Origin: Candidatus Poseidoniaceae archaeon
GTDB taxonomy: Archaea; Thermoplasmatota; Poseidoniia; Poseidoniales; Poseidoniaceae
Direction: 5' to 3'
NCBI GenBank assembly: GCA_024958795.1
Contig: JANXHP010000008.1
Location: 2,698 to 66,697 of the forward strand
DNA length: 64,000 nucleotides
In this document: positions 27,021-36,041 of the stretch, one piece after another
Position numbering within the stretch: position 1 is the stretch's first letter
How the letters are laid out: the number at the start of each line of letters is the position of its first letter
Translations under genes and position numbers: made by a program
Notes under the pieces: model-generated
Seen by the model: the letters and a program-made list of their open reading frames with translations, nothing else
Database searches by the model: none
Told to the model about the DNA's origin: nothing

Positions 27021-28097
27021 ATGCAGGAACCCGTTTACTCTCACACAGAGAGGGAGGATGGAGCAATAACTGCAGTAGTTGAATTCCTAACAGCGTTTGT
27101 ACTGTTCTTGATGATACTAACTGCATTTTTGTCTTTAGCCCAATTACAAATGGGTTCGAATGACCCTGCTCTAGACCGATTAGATGGTGCTGTAGTACTG
27201 GGGATGGATCGTATTAGTTCAGATGAGGGCTGGTTTGTTCCTCTAAAAAATGAGGAATTAGATTTTGGTAATGCAACTGCAAATTGGCATTTGTTTTCAG
27301 CCGAGCAATTAGATGCAGGTAGAGTTCAAGCAGGACTATTGGTTGATGGAGAAATAAATGAGACGAAAATTAATGCATTGCATAATGTTAGTGAGGATGG
27401 ATTTGCATTAGGAATTGGATTAAATGAAGGATATAGTTTCCACTTAAACATAATGATTACCGATAGTAGTGACCTTCAACGAATGGACAAAGTATTGTTC
27501 GATGGTGGTACGGAGAAGCACGGTACACGTTCATCTTCAACATCTTACCGTAATTTCTATCAAAATGATGAAACTATTCAAATTATTCTTGAAGTTCATG
27601 ATGGTGGACGTAAGGAGAATCAATTACAAATTACGGAAGTACATCCACGTCCAACACAAATAGGTCCGGAGTGGATTGAAATACATAATCCGAATGACTT
27701 TGCAGTATCTTTGTATGGTTGGTCACTGACTCACACATCAGGTTCTTCAACCTCAAATTTGCTTCTAAAAGAGGGAATAATTACTGGTCATGCAACTGCT
27801 TTGTTCACTGGAGATCCTTCAAGTCAAGATAATGGAAATGCAAGTGAAGTTATTGATCTGGGTGCTGAAGGATTCCTTGGAGTAGGTTCAATTGATAATT
27901 TAGCAAATGGTAATGGGCAATTAACTTTGAAATATACACAAGTGTTTGAATCACGTCCAGTTGATATTCAGCGAATTAATTGGGGTGGAGACTCAGGATT
28001 ATTCCTAATCAACGGTCAATCAATTGTTTGGGATGGCACCTCTATGTTTGATTCTGCTTCATGGTCAATTACTGATGACCCATCTCCAGGAAATTGA
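27021..28097 (+). CDS. Membrane-anchored lamin-tail-domain (LTD) protein with pilin/TadE-like N-terminal hydrophobic segment
   Basis: The C-terminal LTD pattern is LQITEVHPRPTQIGPEWIEIHNPNDFAVSLYGWSLTH...NGNGQLTLKY. The N-terminus is EREDG-AITAVVEFLTAFVLFLMILTAFL. The track ORF start at 26817 overlaps the divergent gene, so the Met at 27021 is preferred. Confidence 0.7.
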   Translation: MQEPVYSHTEREDGAITAVVEFLTAFVLFLMILTAFLSLAQLQMGSNDPALDRLDGAVVLGMDRISSDEGWFVPLKNEELDFGNATANWHLFSAEQLDAGRVQAGLLVDGEINETKINALHNVSEDGFALGIGLNEGYSFHLNIMITDSSDLQRMDKVLFDGGTEKHGTRSSSTSYRNFYQNDETIQIILEVHDGGRKENQLQITEVHPRPTQIGPEWIEIHNPNDFAVSLYGWSLTHTSGSSTSNLLLKEGIITGHATALFTGDPSSQDNGNASEVIDLGAEGFLGVGSIDNLANGNGQLTLKYTQVFESRPVDIQRINWGGDSGLFLINGQSIVWDGTSMFDSASWSITDDPSPGN

Positions 28098-28202
28098 TTT
28101 TTGGACAAATTGCGATGACAAAAGTGTTGTCAACAGCACAATTCACAACCTGTTGGCGGCGCACAGTTCATCAACTCAAACTGTTTCGATGTATTTGTTC
28201 CC

Positions 28203-28985
28203 ATGCAGCCCGCAGCAGTTTACACCCGTGATAGATGCGTAACAGGCATCCATGGATTAGATGAAATTCTTCGTGGCGGAATACCATATGGGTCAACAGT
28301 ATTATGTTCAGGAACATGTGGTTCTGGAAAGACCACAGTTGGAATGGAATTCTTGGTGAGAGGAGCACTCGCAGGCGAGGCGTGCGCGCATTTTACAGCG
28401 ACTGAACCTTCGGTAAAGTTGCTAGAAAACATTCGCCAATTCGCATTTTTTGACATGAATATGGTTGACACTGGCTTGATCAATGTTTTTGATATGGACG
28501 TGTTATATTCTTGGTTAGGATTGGAAAAATCATCTTTTGATTTGGATGACGTTCACGCTTTAATCAAAGCGATTGTCGATATAGTGAATACTATTGGTGT
28601 TACACGTTTGGTAATTGATTCTGTTACAACACTTTGTTACAAGATTAAGTCCGAACAACTAATCAGAGATTTCCTTTTTACTTTAGGAAAGAAATTGTCA
28701 ACCTTAGGTTGTACAACCATACTAGTTTCAGAAATCACATCCGCTACAGAAAATGCTCATTGGTCATCTTTCGGTGTTGAAGAAGCAATTGCTGACGGCA
28801 TTATTGTAATGGGTGATGTTGAAAGAATGGGACACCTTCTAAGATTTTTACAAGTGGTAAAAATGCGTGGAACTTCACATTCTAGGGCAAAACATGCGAT
28901 TGAATTAACACCGATTGGTGTAATGTTAACTCCTATGCTCAAATGGGGCGCTCAGAGTGATAAACAAGGCAAATGGGGTGCTTGA
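28203..28985 (+). CDS. KaiC-like / RecA-superfamily ATPase (single domain, intact motifs)
   Basis: GIHGLDEILRGGIPYGSTVLCSGTCGSGKTT contains the Walker A motif. RLVIDS is Walker B. The LRFLQVVKMRGTSHS motif is typical of KaiC/RadA-like proteins. Confidence 0.85.
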   Translation: MQPAAVYTRDRCVTGIHGLDEILRGGIPYGSTVLCSGTCGSGKTTVGMEFLVRGALAGEACAHFTATEPSVKLLENIRQFAFFDMNMVDTGLINVFDMDVLYSWLGLEKSSFDLDDVHALIKAIVDIVNTIGVTRLVIDSVTTLCYKIKSEQLIRDFLFTLGKKLSTLGCTTILVSEITSATENAHWSSFGVEEAIADGIIVMGDVERMGHLLRFLQVVKMRGTSHSRAKHAIELTPIGVMLTPMLKWGAQSDKQGKWGA

Positions 28986-28987
28986 TC

Positions 28988-29572
28988 ATGTTTGAATTAG
29001 ACCAAAGAATCGCGGAACAACTCACAGAAGTCGCTCTTAACAGTGCAGTTCAAGTTCGCTGCGGAAACTCAAACGCATTCATGGTTACTGCTAGTACTAT
29101 GATTCCATTAATGCAAATGTTTGAGATGGGTGGTGTATATATTTCTGGAAGCAGAAGCGCAATGGAAATGATAGAGGCCTTTGAGACAATTGGAATTGAT
29201 GTGTCTCACATTCAGTTCATTGATTTGGTTTCTTCAGGCGTATTAGGTGGTACAGATGTCGACAGAACAAATATCCATTTCATCGATTCACCTATCATGT
29301 TAGAATCTGTATTACTTAGGACTCTATATCTGTTGAGAACAACATCTCTTGAACGTAATTTCGTAATATTAGATAGTGTAAACTCATTGGCGATTTACAA
29401 TGAAGACAGGATGCTTGCTGAATATCTTCATACATTCATCAACACCTTTAGACAAAGAGAAGTTCTTTCCGTGATATTGAATGTTCCAGACCAAACACCT
29501 CCATTGGTATTATCAAATCTTGATTTGTATTGTACAGACCTAATTGACAGAGGGCAAGTCGTAATTCATTGA
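28988..29572 (+). CDS. RecA/KaiC-fold-like protein lacking a P-loop (DUF835-like, predicted inactive)
   Basis: There is no GxxxxGK[ST] motif. A Walker-B-like strand is retained (NFVILDSVNSLA), as is the downstream pattern EYLHTFINTFRQREVLSVILNV. The ATG at 28988 follows the upstream stop by 2 nt. The family call is inference. Confidence 0.5.
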   Translation: MFELDQRIAEQLTEVALNSAVQVRCGNSNAFMVTASTMIPLMQMFEMGGVYISGSRSAMEMIEAFETIGIDVSHIQFIDLVSSGVLGGTDVDRTNIHFIDSPIMLESVLLRTLYLLRTTSLERNFVILDSVNSLAIYNEDRMLAEYLHTFINTFRQREVLSVILNVPDQTPPLVLSNLDLYCTDLIDRGQVVIH

Positions 29573-29582
29573 GGTATTTGTT

Positions 29583-30386
29583 ATGAATAAACAATATACA
29601 TTCAAGAAAGAAGACGAAGAGTTCTTCGGAGAAGTGGGCTCTTTTGGAGTCCCAAAATTCGATGGTGAAATGCATGGTGGTGTCCCAAGGGGGTTCACGA
29701 TGGTCAGTTTTACAGATACTGGTTCGGGTTCTGAGTTATTCGGTAAACAATTTACTTCACCAGCCGAGGAATCAGAAAACACACTATATGTTTCAACTAA
29801 TGAAGGGCAACAAGAAATAGCCCGTGTTTTCAAAAAATATGGATGGCCTTTAGACATCAGTGTTAGAACCATTGGAGAAGAATACAATAGTGAAGTTTTG
29901 GAGAAGGAACTTCTAGCTAGCAGATATCGGCTTGAAGGATTTAGATTAGAAGATATTCAAAGATTAGCTCAAACAAGATTTGTTGATGAAACACATCAAG
30001 ATTATCTAACCGAAGTAACAAATGAAATCATGTCACTTGGGCCATATTTTAGAGTGGTAATTGACAATTTGGATTTCTTCTTGCAACGAGAAGATAACGC
30101 CAAAGTAGTCGCCATGGTTAGAATGTTGCAGGCTCATGCCCAACTGATGCGAGGCCTATTGCTAATCAACATCTCTAATGATGGATTAAACCCTTCAATA
30201 AAGCAAGAATTAGCATCGATTGCTGACATGGTACTTTCATTCAAAGTAAGAACAATTGGAACAGACTTTGAAACATCAATGATCGTTTCAAAATTCCGTA
30301 ACGCTCCTGAGAATTTGAAAATACTTGTATTCAGAGTTACGCCTGCAGAAGGTATCACTCCAGAAACTGTTGAGCGTATTTCTTGA
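29583..30386 (+). CDS. KaiC-like paralog with degenerate Walker A (predicted non-catalytic)
   Basis: FDGEMHGGVPRGFTMVSFTDTGSGSELFG aligns to the KaiC N-terminal region, with GSGSE in place of GSGKT. The Walker-B-like segment is RVVIDNLD. The C-terminal SKFRNAP occupies the place of the K(M/L)RG motif. Confidence 0.65.
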   Translation: MNKQYTFKKEDEEFFGEVGSFGVPKFDGEMHGGVPRGFTMVSFTDTGSGSELFGKQFTSPAEESENTLYVSTNEGQQEIARVFKKYGWPLDISVRTIGEEYNSEVLEKELLASRYRLEGFRLEDIQRLAQTRFVDETHQDYLTEVTNEIMSLGPYFRVVIDNLDFFLQREDNAKVVAMVRMLQAHAQLMRGLLLINISNDGLNPSIKQELASIADMVLSFKVRTIGTDFETSMIVSKFRNAPENLKILVFRVTPAEGITPETVERIS

Positions 30387-30447
30387 GTATTGCTGCGACT
30401 ACATTCAAGGCGACAACTCAAAAGGCAGTCCCTAGCCCGCGAAAGAT

Positions 30448-31191
30448 ATGGCTACGCGTGATGCTACTGGTGGTTTTGACCCCTCCGGCATCGATGAAGA
30501 AGAATGGAATAAATTGAAGTTGCAACTTGAGGCAACTATTCCAAATTATGACAGAGTCAATAGATTGATGACTTTCGGGCAAGATAAGCGATGGAGAAAG
30601 AATGTTCGTAATCATGCTACTGAAGGTATGAAAGTACTCGAAGTAGGATGCGGCCCCGGTTCTTTTGCAGAAGATTTAGTAGGCTTGGATGTAACGTGTC
30701 TTGACCCATCAGCGTTGATGCTAAAATTTGCTAAACAACGTGTCGATGCAGCGCGAGCTTTACGCGGAGAATCTCCAGCTGAGTATGTAGAAGCGATTGC
30801 GGAAAGCATTCCGTTGCCAGATAATACATTTGATATGGTATTTTGTTTATTTTCGTTTAGAGATTTTAAGGATAAGAAGCAGGGATTGACTGAGATTATT
30901 AGGGTTCTAAAGCCAGGTGGCCAACTTGTAATCTGTGATGCTGGAAAAGCAAATTGGTTACATGGTCTATTCGGCGCCATATGGATGGCTACAGTTGTAC
31001 AATTGATGGCACGAATTGTCACCAAAGATAAGAATCATCCTTGGAAAGGTCTTGCGAGGACTTACACCCATTATGGCAGCAATGGATATTATCGGAAAAT
31101 GATGAGAGAAGTTGGCTATAATGAAGTGCAAGGTCGCTTACTTCTTCCTCTTGGAATGGCGAGTAGATTCCGTGGAAGAAAGCCTCAATAA
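30448..31191 (+). CDS. UbiE/MenG-family SAM-dependent methyltransferase (demethylmenaquinone/ubiquinone type)
   Basis: YDRVNRLMTFGQDKRWRK is the family N-terminal motif. The SAM-binding segment is VLEVGCGPGSF. LKPGGQLVICD is also present. Confidence 0.8.
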   Translation: MATRDATGGFDPSGIDEEEWNKLKLQLEATIPNYDRVNRLMTFGQDKRWRKNVRNHATEGMKVLEVGCGPGSFAEDLVGLDVTCLDPSALMLKFAKQRVDAARALRGESPAEYVEAIAESIPLPDNTFDMVFCLFSFRDFKDKKQGLTEIIRVLKPGGQLVICDAGKANWLHGLFGAIWMATVVQLMARIVTKDKNHPWKGLARTYTHYGSNGYYRKMMREVGYNEVQGRLLLPLGMASRFRGRKPQ

Positions 31192-31327
31192 TGAGATATT
31201 TTCAAAGGGTATAATCTTGAAAAATCAATGTTTTTGATATTTTTTAGGGTGAAATTGCCAACTTGATGCCCCACTAATCTCATAAACCCCTTTCATCTCG
31301 CCGTCAATATTGGTGATTGTAATGGGT

Positions 31328-31639
31328 ATGGCTGAAGTTCTCCGAAGCATCAAGGATGCGGAACAGGCTGCTGAAAAGCGCTTGTCTAACGCACAAGATG
31401 AATCCTCTAAAATTATGGCAGATGCCCGAAGAAAAGCGTCTGAATTAATCACTGAAGCAACTGATGATTCGGTTAAGAATACTCAATCTACATTGGATAA
31501 ATCACGTAAAGCAGCAAACAAAGATGCTGACAAGGTCAAATCCAAGGGAGCAAAAGGAGTCGAAACTATCGAATCCGCTGCAAGTGATCGTCAAGGCGAT
31601 GCAGTACAATTAATCGTAGATTCTCTAATGCCACAGTAA
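31328..31639 (+). CDS. atpH: A-type ATP synthase subunit H
   Basis: This is a ~103-aa charged helical protein (MAEVLRSIKDAEQAAEKRL...) at the head of the atp operon. A GGTGA sequence lies upstream of the ATG at 31328. The track start at 31310 is less likely. Confidence 0.75.
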   Translation: MAEVLRSIKDAEQAAEKRLSNAQDESSKIMADARRKASELITEATDDSVKNTQSTLDKSRKAANKDADKVKSKGAKGVETIESAASDRQGDAVQLIVDSLMPQ

Positions 31640-31649
31640 GGGTGATTCA

Positions 31650-33716
31650 ATGTTTGTAACCGTTGACATGTCCCGTTTGACAGTGGCTGCACCTGTTGAT
31701 AAGATGGAGCAGGTACTACGTATTTGTTCTGACATGGGATGCGTACACATTGAGGAATATGGCAATTTTGAAGATGGCATTGGAGTTGGACAAGCAATTG
31801 ATAACGATAATGCAAATTCAGTCAGTAGCTTGTTAACAAAAGTTCGTGGTGCAAATGCGCATTATTCTCCTAACAATGTCAAAGGACCAAAGTCCGCTTC
31901 TGAAGTTCAAAAAATAATTGATTCTGGTTTCGAAGAAATTGTTGACCAAGGATTAGCGTTTGCCGATGCGGTAAGAGATGCTGAAGCAGAAATTGAATCA
32001 AAGAGTAACCAACTGGCTATTTTGAAGAGAATAGAACCACTAAACATTCCATTGGATTTGCTAACAAGCACAGACCGTTTGGAAGTTTATGTAGTTGAAT
32101 CGGCAAAATCAAATACACTTTACAACACAATTGTCCAAGATTTGGGCAAGGATGTAGAAGTGCATGCTGAATCAAATGTAGTAGCAATCGCATGCCTACC
32201 GAAACATGCTACTGATGTTCAATTGATAATGAATGAACAAAATGCAAGAGCAATCCAAGTTCCTAGTGGAGAAGGTTCTCCTTCAAAGGTAATCTCCTCA
32301 CTAACAAAAGAAATTGGCAAACTGCAAAAGACAGTGGCTGAGAATTCTACTAAAGGAGATTCCTGGATTGGCACACATGGTAGAGACCTCGTAATAATGG
32401 AAGAGTATCTTACAAGAGAAGATGCTATTTTCACAGCACCAACACTCTGTGCAGTATCCAATCAAGCATTTGCAATTGATGCATGGGTTCCAACTTCTAA
32501 TGCATCCATGATTGAGAATGCCCTTTCATCCATCGCTTCCCATGTTGAGGTTGAAGAATATGTTAACGATCATCATCACGATGAAGATGATGATGGCCAT
32601 CACCATGCAACACCTCCAATCGCATTAGAAAATGGAGATGTTTCAAAACCATTCGAGGTACTTGTTGATTTGGTAGGTCGTCCAAAGTATGGCACAATTG
32701 ACCCTACAAAATTGATGATGCTAACATTCCCTATATTCTATGGAATGATATTGGGAGATTGGGGATATGGAATAATTATTCTACTTCTAGCAAATTGGCT
32801 TGGAAGTAAACCGTTCGCTGTTGAACCAATAGCCAAGAACGGAATGATTATCCTAAAATGGATGGGTGTTTGGTGTATCATTTGGGGGATTATTTTCGCT
32901 GAAGGATTTGGATTCATTTGGGATGGTTCACCAGGTGCAACAGGACCACATATTGGAATCCTTGCAGATTTCTATACATGGACATACAACACATTCCATG
33001 TTCCTGGAGTTATTGGTGACTTAACTGGATTAACTGGATTGCATATGCCTTTCCACAGAGCAGTTGAAGGACATGGTTTGCAAGAATATATTCTTCTTGC
33101 AGTCTATATTGGAGTCGTACATCTTTTCGCTGGTTCTATTATTGGATTTATCAATGTCTACAGAGCACACGGACTTACAGCCGCATATTTCGAAAAGGGT
33201 TCATGGATACTGATTCTCATCGGTGGTTTCATGCAATGCAGAAACTTGGTTAGTGGATACAATGAATTGTTTGAATTCCAGATATGGACTGCGTTTTTGT
33301 TAATTGGAATTGGTAGCCTAATAATCGGTCTTGCAGTGTTTGAGAAATTAGGATGGATTGGTGGGATCATCATGGGTCCAATTGAGACATTCGGTCTTCT
33401 TGCAAATACACTCTCTTACTTGCGTATTATGGCAGTCGGTGTATCCGGTGTAAAAATCGCAGAAATCTCAATTACAATGGGATGGCAAATGATGTGGGGA
33501 GGAGATATTGTCAGTTTCATTTTCGGATTCATCATTTTCATCTTCATACAAATATTCGCTTTAGGCCTAGGAATACTCTCGCCGAGTATTCACGCAATCC
33601 GTCTCCACTTTGTGGAATGGATGGGCAAGTTTTACGACGGCTCTGGTGTGATTTTCAATCCACTAGGCGGCCGCACCCTACACGTTGAGGGTATATCACA
33701 GTCCAATGGACAATAA
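31650..33716 (+). CDS. atpI: A-type ATP synthase subunit I (a-subunit homolog)
   Basis: The ORF is 688 aa. A soluble N-terminal half is followed by a polytopic C-terminal half containing LSYLRIMAVGVSG (the essential Arg region). Confidence 0.9.
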   Translation: MFVTVDMSRLTVAAPVDKMEQVLRICSDMGCVHIEEYGNFEDGIGVGQAIDNDNANSVSSLLTKVRGANAHYSPNNVKGPKSASEVQKIIDSGFEEIVDQGLAFADAVRDAEAEIESKSNQLAILKRIEPLNIPLDLLTSTDRLEVYVVESAKSNTLYNTIVQDLGKDVEVHAESNVVAIACLPKHATDVQLIMNEQNARAIQVPSGEGSPSKVISSLTKEIGKLQKTVAENSTKGDSWIGTHGRDLVIMEEYLTREDAIFTAPTLCAVSNQAFAIDAWVPTSNASMIENALSSIASHVEVEEYVNDHHHDEDDDGHHHATPPIALENGDVSKPFEVLVDLVGRPKYGTIDPTKLMMLTFPIFYGMILGDWGYGIIILLLANWLGSKPFAVEPIAKNGMIILKWMGVWCIIWGIIFAEGFGFIWDGSPGATGPHIGILADFYTWTYNTFHVPGVIGDLTGLTGLHMPFHRAVEGHGLQEYILLAVYIGVVHLFAGSIIGFINVYRAHGLTAAYFEKGSWILILIGGFMQCRNLVSGYNELFEFQIWTAFLLIGIGSLIIGLAVFEKLGWIGGIIMGPIETFGLLANTLSYLRIMAVGVSGVKIAEISITMGWQMMWGGDIVSFIFGFIIFIFIQIFALGLGILSPSIHAIRLHFVEWMGKFYDGSGVIFNPLGGRTLHVEGISQSNGQ

Positions 33717-33730
33717 TGGAGGTAGCAAAA

Positions 33731-34033
33731 ATGAATGTAAACACCCTAAAAAATAGCCTACGCGCACTGATTGTAATGCTGGCACTAACCCTTGTAGCAC
33801 AAGGTGTAGCAGCAGAAGCAGCCACTGACGCAACATCTGGAATAACTGGAGATATCGGAGTCGGCCTTTCCCTTGGCCTTGCCGGAGTCGGTGCAGGTAT
33901 TTCTCAAGCAGGAATCGGCAGCGCAGCTGTTGGTATGCTTGCTGAGGACAGTAGCAAGTTCGGTACTGCAATTATCTTCACAGCTCTGCCTGAATCAATT
34001 GTGATTCTAGGTGCATTGCCAATGTTCATCTAA
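33731..34033 (+). CDS. atpK: A-type ATP synthase subunit K (proteolipid c)
   Basis: A Gly/Ala-rich hairpin (GLAGVGAGISQAGIGSAAVG ... ALPESIVILG) carries the carboxylate Glu. A GGAGGT Shine-Dalgarno sequence at 33719 favours the ATG at 33731 over 33716. Confidence 0.85.
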   Translation: MNVNTLKNSLRALIVMLALTLVAQGVAAEAATDATSGITGDIGVGLSLGLAGVGAGISQAGIGSAAVGMLAEDSSKFGTAIIFTALPESIVILGALPMFI

Positions 34034-34089
34034 AGATGGCACAACAGATTGGGTTATCCCAATCATAGAATAAATTCGGAGGAAATATC

Positions 34090-34653
34090 ATGACACTTGA
34101 AACATTAGCAAAAGACATCGCATCATCTGCGGAAGCAGAAGCAAAAGCCATCTTGAAAGAGGCAAAGGCTTCAGCCAAGAAGATTGTTGCAGAAGCAGAA
34201 GCCAAGGCCAACACTATCCGCGAGGAAGCAGAAAGCCGTACTTCACGTGAGGCAGAACAACTTGCAAGAGAAATCGTTGCAAGTGCTCGTCAATCCAATC
34301 AAAAGGATGTGCTTGTAGCACGTCGCGCAGTATTGGATGCCACATTTGAAACAGCACGAGGACAACTAGCAGACCCAGCATTATCTGGAAGGGCTTCAAT
34401 TCTGAAAGGATTGATGGCTCAAGCAGATGAAGTGGCGGTTGGTGACTTTACTGTTCGCCCAGTTGCTATTGATCGTGCGGCTCTATCTGATATCGCTGGC
34501 TCTAGAGGCATGGGCGATGATGTTGAAGGCTTAGGCGGCTTTATTCTTGAAGCAGCAGATGGTTCAGTTTCTTTCGATATGAGATTTGATACGCTTCTCG
34601 ACCAAGTATGGATTGACAAGCGTGCATTAATCAATTCAACACTTTTTAATTGA
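34090..34653 (+). CDS. atpE: A-type ATP synthase subunit E
   Basis: The ORF is 187 aa with a long N-terminal charged helix (AEAEAKAILKEAKASAKKIVAEAEAKA) and a globular C-terminus. Operon position supports the call. Confidence 0.85.
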   Translation: MTLETLAKDIASSAEAEAKAILKEAKASAKKIVAEAEAKANTIREEAESRTSREAEQLAREIVASARQSNQKDVLVARRAVLDATFETARGQLADPALSGRASILKGLMAQADEVAVGDFTVRPVAIDRAALSDIAGSRGMGDDVEGLGGFILEAADGSVSFDMRFDTLLDQVWIDKRALINSTLFN

Positions 34654-34662
34654 GGAATAAAT

Positions 34663-35703
34663 ATGGTAATGCTCGGTAGAAAACCCTATGTCGCCGCTCG
34701 CGCTAAATCGCGTAAGCAAAAACTAGCGGACCGTGCACGCCTACGTCAATTAATCAATCAATCACCTGAACAAATGACTGTTGCTGTTGGTGACATGGGT
34801 TACCGCACAGAAATGGATCTATATGCTGGAAAATATTCTGGTGGAGATCTAGTTGAGGCAGCGCTAACTCACAATTTGGAGCATGAGTTGAAGGAGATTG
34901 TAGGAATGTGTAATGGTTCAATCCGTGCAATTGTAGAAGTATACACTCTTCGTTTTGAATATCAAAATGCCAAAGTAGTTCTACGGGCAGTAATTAACGA
35001 TGTTGACCTAGATAAAGTGTCAAACAGTATATTGCCTGCATTGAATGATATCAACACTCCTTGGTTGAAGATGGTAGAAAATGCAGATGACCTAAGGTCT
35101 GCTGCAACTCAAATGCGAAGAATGTCATTCGGTTCAGAACTAATGTCTCTACCAGATGATGCTAAATTAGCAGATTATGAGAATGCACTTGATAGACATT
35201 ATTTCAAGAAGTCATTGACATCACTTAGCCAAAAAGGTGCTGATGTTAGATTTTTGAGAGACTTGTTAAAATCAGAAATAGACCACCGTAACATCCTCAA
35301 TATTATTGAGGCCGAAGCAGTTGGCATCGCTAATGATGAAATCATTGAGTTGTTAATTCCAGGTGGTAGATTGATTCCAGAAAGAGCATTCTCTTCTATT
35401 GCAGCTGGTGGAAAAAGAGCTGCACTTGATATTCTAAGAAGTGCTAATCGCTTTGAAATGCAATCATTTGAAGAAGCATTAACTGTATCGAAATCCGAAA
35501 ATAGTCTTGATTCAGTAATTAATTGGTTTAAAGCTAGAGAACACGCATTATTACAGCGCATGAGTTACCTACACCCTGTTTCAGCCTTACCTATTGTTAA
35601 TTATGTGGCATTAAAGGTACAGGAAGTTACAGATTTACGTTTAATCGTTCGTGGACGTCTAGCAGGACTGCCACCTGAAGTGTTAGAGGCACACATACTC
35701 TGA
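34663..35703 (+). CDS. atpC: A-type ATP synthase subunit C
   Basis: This is a 346-aa helical protein at the canonical E-C-F position of the operon. Confidence 0.85.
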   Translation: MVMLGRKPYVAARAKSRKQKLADRARLRQLINQSPEQMTVAVGDMGYRTEMDLYAGKYSGGDLVEAALTHNLEHELKEIVGMCNGSIRAIVEVYTLRFEYQNAKVVLRAVINDVDLDKVSNSILPALNDINTPWLKMVENADDLRSAATQMRRMSFGSELMSLPDDAKLADYENALDRHYFKKSLTSLSQKGADVRFLRDLLKSEIDHRNILNIIEAEAVGIANDEIIELLIPGGRLIPERAFSSIAAGGKRAALDILRSANRFEMQSFEEALTVSKSENSLDSVINWFKAREHALLQRMSYLHPVSALPIVNYVALKVQEVTDLRLIVRGRLAGLPPEVLEAHIL

Positions 35704-35712
35704 GGTGATAAT

Positions 35713-36012
35713 ATGGAGATCGTAATAGTCGGTACACCAGAATTCACACTCGGATTCCAGTTAGCTGGAATTTCCACTCTCTACAATCCTGAAGATGATG
35801 AAGCAATGGCTTCAACATTGAGAGGATTGCTAAATAACAAAAATGTGGGGGTTGTCGTAATTGACTCCGCAACCCAAGCCGCATTACCCGAGCGTCTTCG
35901 CGAAAGACTCTCAACATCCGTCTCCCCAACCGTTCTTGGTATCGGTACTGAGGAGGACACCACTTTGCGAGATACAATTCGTAAAGCAATAGGAGTCGAC
36001 CTATGGAAGTGA
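35713..36012 (+). CDS. atpF: A-type ATP synthase subunit F
   Basis: The ORF is 99 aa and begins MEIVIVGTPEFTLGFQLAGI, the typical subunit F N-terminus. Confidence 0.9.
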   Translation: MEIVIVGTPEFTLGFQLAGISTLYNPEDDEAMASTLRGLLNNKNVGVVVIDSATQAALPERLRERLSTSVSPTVLGIGTEEDTTLRDTIRKAIGVDLWK

Positions 36013-36041
36013 ATTTCCAAAAAATAATGGAGGAATAAAAA

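Noticed and set aside
28098-28202. Short palindrome TGTTG-T-CAACA upstream of the first KaiC-like gene
   Set aside because: With 5-bp arms it is expected by chance in AT-rich DNA, and no second copy was noticed. It was not reported as a feature.
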